From Marispirochaeta sp. (GTDB lineage: Bacteria; Spirochaetota; Spirochaetia; JC444; Marispirochaetaceae), in contig CAXXFF010000004.1 in the NCBI GenBank assembly GCA_963676835.2, forward strand, positions 64,001 through 128,000: a stretch of DNA of 64,000 nt, given 5' to 3'. The position numbers and the translations under genes were made by a program. How positions within the stretch are numbered: position 1 is the stretch's first letter; the number at the start of each line of letters is the position of its first letter. Positions 58,972-64,000 of the stretch are shown one piece after another. The notes beneath the pieces were generated by a model that was not told where the DNA came from, made no database searches, and was given only the letters and a program-made list of their open reading frames with translations.

Positions 58972-59670
58972 TCAGTTTCTGCGGCCGAAAAGCCTTAAAA
59001 CCATAAGAAAGAGGTTGATAAAATCCAGATAAAGCTTCAGCGCGCCCATTATGGAAAGCTTGATATAGTCTGCTTCCGCAATATTCGGGCCCATCTGGCG
59101 GTTCCAGCTTTTAATCATCTGGGTATCGTAGGCGGTAAGGCCGAGGAACAGCACAACACCAACCAGGGAAATCATGAACGAGAATGAATCGGACCGGAAA
59201 AACATCTTTGCCAGAGATGCAATGATAATTCCGATAAGCCCCATAAACAGGTAGTTGCCGATACCGGAAAGGTCCCTGCGGGTAACGGTAGCCCAGAAAC
59301 TCATGGCAGCAAAGGTACCGCCGGCTACAAAAAAGGCCTGAGCGATGCTCTGCCCGGTATATGCAAGAAAGATAACCGAAAGGGTAAGACCGTTAAGTGC
59401 GGCATAAGCGGCAAAGCCGAGGGTTGCCGCGGTGGCGCTCATGCGCATGAGTCTTGCGGAAAGAAACATTACCAGTGCAAACTCACCGATAATTGCACCG
59501 AAAAAAAGCAGCCGGTTCTGAACAAAGCTGATAATCAGGTAGGGATTGGAAGCCATACCCAGACTGATAACTCCCGTAAGGGCCAGCCCGAGGGTCATCC
59601 AGGTATAGACATTTCTTAAAATGCTGCGTTCTCTCACAGCACTGTTCTGTAATATTTCAGCACGGGTCAT
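58972..59670 (-). CDS. Bax inhibitor-1/YccA family membrane protein
   Basis: 7 TM segments; VY.WM, AYDTQ and GALKLYLDFINLF motifs. Confidence 0.93.
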   Translation of the reverse strand: MTRAEILQNSAVRERSILRNVYTWMTLGLALTGVISLGMASNPYLIISFVQNRLLFFGAIIGEFALVMFLSARLMRMSATAATLGFAAYAALNGLTLSVIFLAYTGQSIAQAFFVAGGTFAAMSFWATVTRRDLSGIGNYLFMGLIGIIIASLAKMFFRSDSFSFMISLVGVVLFLGLTAYDTQMIKSWNRQMGPNIAEADYIKLSIMGALKLYLDFINLFLMVLRLFGRRN

Positions 59671-59753
59671 AATTTTCTCCTCTATTACCGTTAACTTACT
59701 ACAAGGTTATGAAAAAAGTGTGAATGGTCAAGCACTAATAGTATACTGCCCTA

Positions 59754-60503
59754 TCAGACTTTGACTGCCATGCGGCCGGTATAATCAAGCCTGGAAAAGA
59801 GTGGAGTCTCCACATCCGGCCGGGCAAAATACTCATCCACCGCCCGGCGGGCACCTTCAAAATGGCCGTAATCATCAATAATCAGCACTCCCCCGGGGAC
59901 AAGCCGGGGATAGAGCAGCTCCAGCTCGACACAGGTGGAAGCGTACCAGTCGGTGTCCAGTCGCAGAAGAGAAATTGATTCAGGCAGTTCCTGCTGCAAC
60001 GTAACAGCCACATCCCCCTCAACAGCCCGGATACGGTTTTGAGGGTAATCCAGGGGCTTCAGGTTATCAAGAACCGTTTCCCGGGAAACTGCCCAGTGGT
60101 CAAAACTGTTGTTTTCCCATTTATCTTTTACGGAACTGCCGTTCCAGGCGATGATATCCTCAACTCCGGGTTCAGGCATTCCGGCAAAGGTGTCATAGAG
60201 CCAGATGCTTCGACTATCGACATTCAGCTGCTGCAGGGTACGGATCATAAGCATGCAGCTGCCCCCTTTCCAGACACCGCACTCTACAAAATCGCCTTTT
60301 ATACCCCGGTCCTGAAGGTAGTTAACCGCTGTATAGAGTCCGTATCCCCGCTCCATACTGGTCATGGTAAAAGAGGAGACCTCTTCCCAGATAGTACGAA
60401 ACTGATCTTCCATATCAATACGGTACTGATCGTTGGGAATTACACCGTAGCCTTCGCCTTCCAGAACTGCGGAGAGTTCCTTGCGTTTTTCGTAGGGAAT
60501 CAT
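59754..60503 (-). CDS. TylF/MycF-family O-methyltransferase
   Basis: GDFVECGVWKGGS, YDTFAGMP, LRLDTDWYAST and IIDDYG motifs. Confidence 0.9.
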   Translation of the reverse strand: MIPYEKRKELSAVLEGEGYGVIPNDQYRIDMEDQFRTIWEEVSSFTMTSMERGYGLYTAVNYLQDRGIKGDFVECGVWKGGSCMLMIRTLQQLNVDSRSIWLYDTFAGMPEPGVEDIIAWNGSSVKDKWENNSFDHWAVSRETVLDNLKPLDYPQNRIRAVEGDVAVTLQQELPESISLLRLDTDWYASTCVELELLYPRLVPGGVLIIDDYGHFEGARRAVDEYFARPDVETPLFSRLDYTGRMAVKV

Positions 60504-62551
60504 GTCTCCTCCAGTATTTTGAGGAATTCAGCTTCGTTAACCACGGTGATTCCGAGCTTTTCTGCTTTGGCAAGCTTGCTCCCGGCCCCTTCTCCTGCCA
60601 GAAGATGGGTAACGCTCCCGGTTATACTTCCCACAGCCCGGCCTCCCCGCTTCTTCACCTCTTCCATGGCAAGACTTCTCGGTTTAAAGGCCTCAAAACT
60701 GCCGGTTACGCACCAGACCTGACCTGCGAAAATCGCCGCTAATCCGTTTTCACCGGACTCTTCCTCTGCTTCGAAATTGAGACCTGCATCGCGCAGGAGG
60801 CTTATCTGGCGGAGATTTTCCGGATCCCTCATGGATTCAAGAATGGAAGCTGCGGTTTTCTCACCCATACCGTGGATTTCTGAAAGCTTCTCCGTCTCTC
60901 CCGCTTCTGCTGCTGCAAGGAGGGAATCGATATTCCCGTAGCCTGCTTCAATAAGCAGCTCCGCAGCCTTCTGTCCCAGGTCAGGGATTCCCAGAGATGC
61001 CAGTACCCGCTGATACGGCCGCGATTTACTTGCTTCAATACCCTTGAGAATAAGAGCGATCTTCTTTTCTCCGAAACCCGGGAGCCCCTCAAGATCTTCC
61101 GCTTTCAGAGTATATAAATCTTCAGCTCCCCGGATTTTCCCTTCCCGGACCAGCACTGCTGCAGTTTCAGAGCCCAGATTGTCGATATCCATCTGATCCC
61201 GGCCGACAAAGAAGTTTATCCGGCCCTGCACCTGATCGGGACACCTGCGGTTCTCGCAGAAAAGGTGCGCACCCCTCTGGTTCAGTACAGAACCGCAGGA
61301 GGGACAGCTTTCCGGCATCTGCCAGACAGGCAGGGAGGTGTCTCCCTTTTCGATAACCCGCTCCACCGCGGGAATAACATCACCCCGTTTTGATACCGCA
61401 ACCTGATCCCCGGGGGCAAGTTCAAGAAGATCGATATACTGCTGATTATGCAGGGTCACATTGGATACAGTGGAGCCTCCGATCAGGACCGGCTCAATCC
61501 TGGCTACCGGGGTTATGCGCCCGGTGCGGCCGACCTGAACATCCACAGCGATCACTGTACTGACAGCTTCCGGGCTGTCGAATTTGTAAGCAATTGCCCA
61601 GCGGGGATGGTGCCCGGTGTATCCCAGACGGTCCCGCACATCGAGCTCATCAACCTTGATTACCAGGCCGTCTATCTCATACCCGAGGTTCTGCCTGAGG
61701 GCGGTCATTGAGTCCACATAAGTCCCGAGATCCTTTAGGGGGCCTGAAACAATATCAAAGCCCTCAAGGGAGATATCACGGTCAGCCCGGGGGCCGAAGA
61801 ATCCCAGTCTGGGATTAACCCGGAAGCCGAGATGCCGGAGAAAGCCAAGCAGCTCATGGTGACCGCTGAAATTCCGTGCGGCTCCTTCAGGGAAAAATCC
61901 TTCATAGATGAAAATATTGAGGGGTACCCCGGCAGCCTCGCTGCTCTTTTTTCGCCTCAAGGTGCCGGCGGCAAGATTTCTGGGATTTGCATAGGGAATT
62001 TCCTGCTCTGCATTGATACGGGAAAAGGCCTCCAGGGGAAGATAGATCTCACCTCTCACCGCAATATCAACAGCTTCGGAAAGCCTTAAGGGTATTGAAG
62101 GAATAGTACGGATATTATGGGTGACATCATTGCCAACAGAGCCGTTTCCCCGGGTAACACCCCGGGTAAGAATACCATTCTCGTAGTAGAGAACAATACT
62201 GGCCCCGTCGATCTTCTCTTCAACAACAATGTCGAGGGATGCATCTATGTTGGCGGAGGTTTTTCCCGCCCAGGATATTACCTCTTCTGCAGTATAGGCT
62301 TTATCAAGGCTTAATACCGGTACGGTATGGGAGACTTCGGGCAGATCCGATGAGAGATCACTCCCCACCCGCAAAGTGGGAGAATCGGGCCTGCGGAACC
62401 GGGGATTCTCTTCTTCAAGGATACGCAGGCGATCGAAAGCCCGGTCGTATTCGGCGTCTGTTGCCGAAGGCCGGGCTTCGATATAGTAGTCATGCTGCCA
62501 GGAGAGCAGCATGTCCGTCAGCTGGTCTATCTCTTTTTGAATATCGGACAT
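60500..62551 (-). CDS. ligA: NAD-dependent DNA ligase
   Basis: EKIDG adenylation site, TRGNG, NPRN.AAG, IDGLVIK, Zn finger and BRCT domain. Confidence 0.97.
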   Translation of the reverse strand: MSDIQKEIDQLTDMLLSWQHDYYIEARPSATDAEYDRAFDRLRILEEENPRFRRPDSPTLRVGSDLSSDLPEVSHTVPVLSLDKAYTAEEVISWAGKTSANIDASLDIVVEEKIDGASIVLYYENGILTRGVTRGNGSVGNDVTHNIRTIPSIPLRLSEAVDIAVRGEIYLPLEAFSRINAEQEIPYANPRNLAAGTLRRKKSSEAAGVPLNIFIYEGFFPEGAARNFSGHHELLGFLRHLGFRVNPRLGFFGPRADRDISLEGFDIVSGPLKDLGTYVDSMTALRQNLGYEIDGLVIKVDELDVRDRLGYTGHHPRWAIAYKFDSPEAVSTVIAVDVQVGRTGRITPVARIEPVLIGGSTVSNVTLHNQQYIDLLELAPGDQVAVSKRGDVIPAVERVIEKGDTSLPVWQMPESCPSCGSVLNQRGAHLFCENRRCPDQVQGRINFFVGRDQMDIDNLGSETAAVLVREGKIRGAEDLYTLKAEDLEGLPGFGEKKIALILKGIEASKSRPYQRVLASLGIPDLGQKAAELLIEAGYGNIDSLLAAAEAGETEKLSEIHGMGEKTAASILESMRDPENLRQISLLRDAGLNFEAEEESGENGLAAIFAGQVWCVTGSFEAFKPRSLAMEEVKKRGGRAVGSITGSVTHLLAGEGAGSKLAKAEKLGITVVNEAEFLKILEET

Positions 62552-62582
62552 GGGTTCCGTTCATTTCCTTCGCTTTGAAGTA

Positions 62583-64000
62583 TCAGAACCCCTTGCGGAT
62601 AAAGGCATCGCGGAAGCCCTGAGCCTTGAAGTTCAAAAGCAGGGCGCCGCTCTCATCCGGCGAAAGGGGACCAACCAGAACCTTATAGTAAGCATTGCCC
62701 TGATTCAATACCAGCACCGGATAGGTGGAAGAGAATCTTTCCGCCGTGGAGCGGGCCGAGCCGGCGGAGGAAAAAACCGCTAACTGCAGATAATCCGATG
62801 CGGGGTCCAGATCTCCGAAAAGAACTGCCGGGGCAGAGGAACTGTCCACCGCAGCAGCTGCCTCGGGTGCTTCCTTAACCTCCGGTTCGGCAGGTTTTAC
62901 CGGTGCAACCGGGGGACGGTCTTCGGCAGGAACCAGGCTTATCTCCACATCTCCCTCGGGAACAACAGGGGGAGTTTTCTCTTCCGGGACCACCGCAATT
63001 GCGGGGGAGTCCTCTTCTTCGGTTTTTTCCAGAGGAGCCGCAGGAGCTTCCTGGAGGGCCGGTGCCGCAGCGGCAAAAGCCACCTCGTCTTCGCCATCAT
63101 AGGGCGGTTCGGGGAGGGGAAACAGTTCTGCAATTACCCGGTCCCGCTCTTTCTGTGCAGGAACAGCCGGAAGATCGGCGGCTGCAAAATTATCACCTTC
63201 TTCAACAGCCTTGGGATTATACATATTATCCGCCACCCGGGTTGCGGAAGCTTTATCCATTACAAAAGGTGCATCCGGAACAACCGAGAGGGAATCATCC
63301 GCCGGGTCTGATTGCACCAGGTTTTCAGTATAAGGCCCGGTAATTTCAGGTTCCGCCGGAACCGGCTCCGCTGCGGGGGCAACAACAATATCCGCAATCA
63401 CTGCAGGGTCGGTAATTACCGGCTCGTCCAGTGAACCTTCTTCTTCAGGAAGGGCTGACTCGAGTCCGGCAGAGCTGTCGGTCAGAAGCACAGGCTCAAC
63501 ATCTTCACTTACTTCGGGTGCAGGCTCTGCAATCACCTCTGGCGCCTCAGCATCTGCAGCTGCGATTACCAGAGGTTCCGCCATTGGCGGAGCTTCGGGC
63601 TCAACAGCAGGGGCTTTCTCCTCCGCCCCGAGATAACGGTCCAGGAAGGCCAGGTCATCCTCTGCATTGGGATTCAGATCGGGATCGGATGAATAGGGAC
63701 GGTCGGCGGATTCCACAGAAAGCCGGGAAGAGTTATCTGCAAGAACGATTCGGGTACGTACCACCCGGTTGTCCTGGATGCCGATTTCTTCTGCAGCCTC
63801 TCTGGAAAGCAGGAGAAAAAGTCCCGGATCATCCAGCCGGTCCACAATCATAACCTCAACGCTGGTTCCATTCTCAATGTTCTCAACCTTAACCAGAGTA
63901 TTCCGGGGGAATGAGTTTGAGGCGCCGTAGTATCCGGTGGCGGGAAACTCGCCATACCGGCCCATAGCCGTTGTTCCTTCCCATTCAGACTGGGCAAAAA
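62583..64000 (-). CDS. SPOR-domain protein with RlpA-like DPBB N-terminus and acidic Pro/Ala-rich linker (5' end outside the window)
   Basis: Frame open to the window edge; AS..FP..TLVKVEN..NG..VEV.IVDR; C-terminal YLQLAVFS...YKVLVGP...GFRDAFIR. Confidence 0.82.
   Translation of the reverse strand, partial: FAQSEWEGTTAMGRYGEFPATGYYGASNSFPRNTLVKVENIENGTSVEVMIVDRLDDPGLFLLLSREAAEEIGIQDNRVVRTRIVLADNSSRLSVESADRPYSSDPDLNPNAEDDLAFLDRYLGAEEKAPAVEPEAPPMAEPLVIAAADAEAPEVIAEPAPEVSEDVEPVLLTDSSAGLESALPEEEGSLDEPVITDPAVIADIVVAPAAEPVPAEPEITGPYTENLVQSDPADDSLSVVPDAPFVMDKASATRVADNMYNPKAVEEGDNFAAADLPAVPAQKERDRVIAELFPLPEPPYDGEDEVAFAAAAPALQEAPAAPLEKTEEEDSPAIAVVPEEKTPPVVPEGDVEISLVPAEDRPPVAPVKPAEPEVKEAPEAAAAVDSSSAPAVLFGDLDPASDYLQLAVFSSAGSARSTAERFSSTYPVLVLNQGNAYYKVLVGPLSPDESGALLLNFKAQGFRDAFIRKGF

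Noticed and set aside
62830..63620. Repetitive-looking Pro/Ala/Glu-rich coding stretch
   Set aside because: Ordinary disordered linker of a SPOR protein; no exact nucleotide repeats.
1..64000. CRISPR arrays, tRNA/rRNA genes, IS elements, prophage or defence genes
   Set aside because: None recognised by eye; tRNAscan, Infernal and DefenseFinder runs would be needed to exclude them formally.

Overview
Gene-dense 64 kb chromosomal segment, most likely from a free-living Spirochaetaceae bacterium. This is inferred from the 'A/S-N-G-x-x-E/D' binding-protein leaders, the DPBB-acidic linker-SPOR protein and the overall gene set. No rRNA, tRNA, CRISPR array or transposase was recognised. Left to right: partial cardiolipin synthase divergent from a CX5R phosphatase; sigma54-driven amtB-glnK; an AT-rich 7 kb catabolic island (LacI, Zn dehydrogenase, TRAP transporter, split transketolase); sbcB; PilZ protein; proXVW; ABC-F; a PrpR-like sigma54 activator between two halves of a tripartite tricarboxylate transporter plus a URO-D-like enzyme; an Omp85-like protein; xth; DEAD-box helicase; yejABEF; two MCPs; a frameshifted XylR-type regulator; GGDEF protein; cheY-like/hflX/srkA; a methanogen-type homocysteine synthesis trio; hybrid kinase; ligA; and a partial SPOR protein. 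Main unannotated signals: (1) a complete ~140-nt minus-strand transcription unit behind proW, with promoter, FadR/GntR-type operator, 5' hairpin, 19-codon hydrophobic ORF and terminator; (2) a kinase-free dehydrogenase-plus-transketolase island whose LacI operator recurs exactly inside a gene; (3) a split TTT regulon with twin sigma54 promoters and shared enhancers; (4) about nine apparently leaderless genes.
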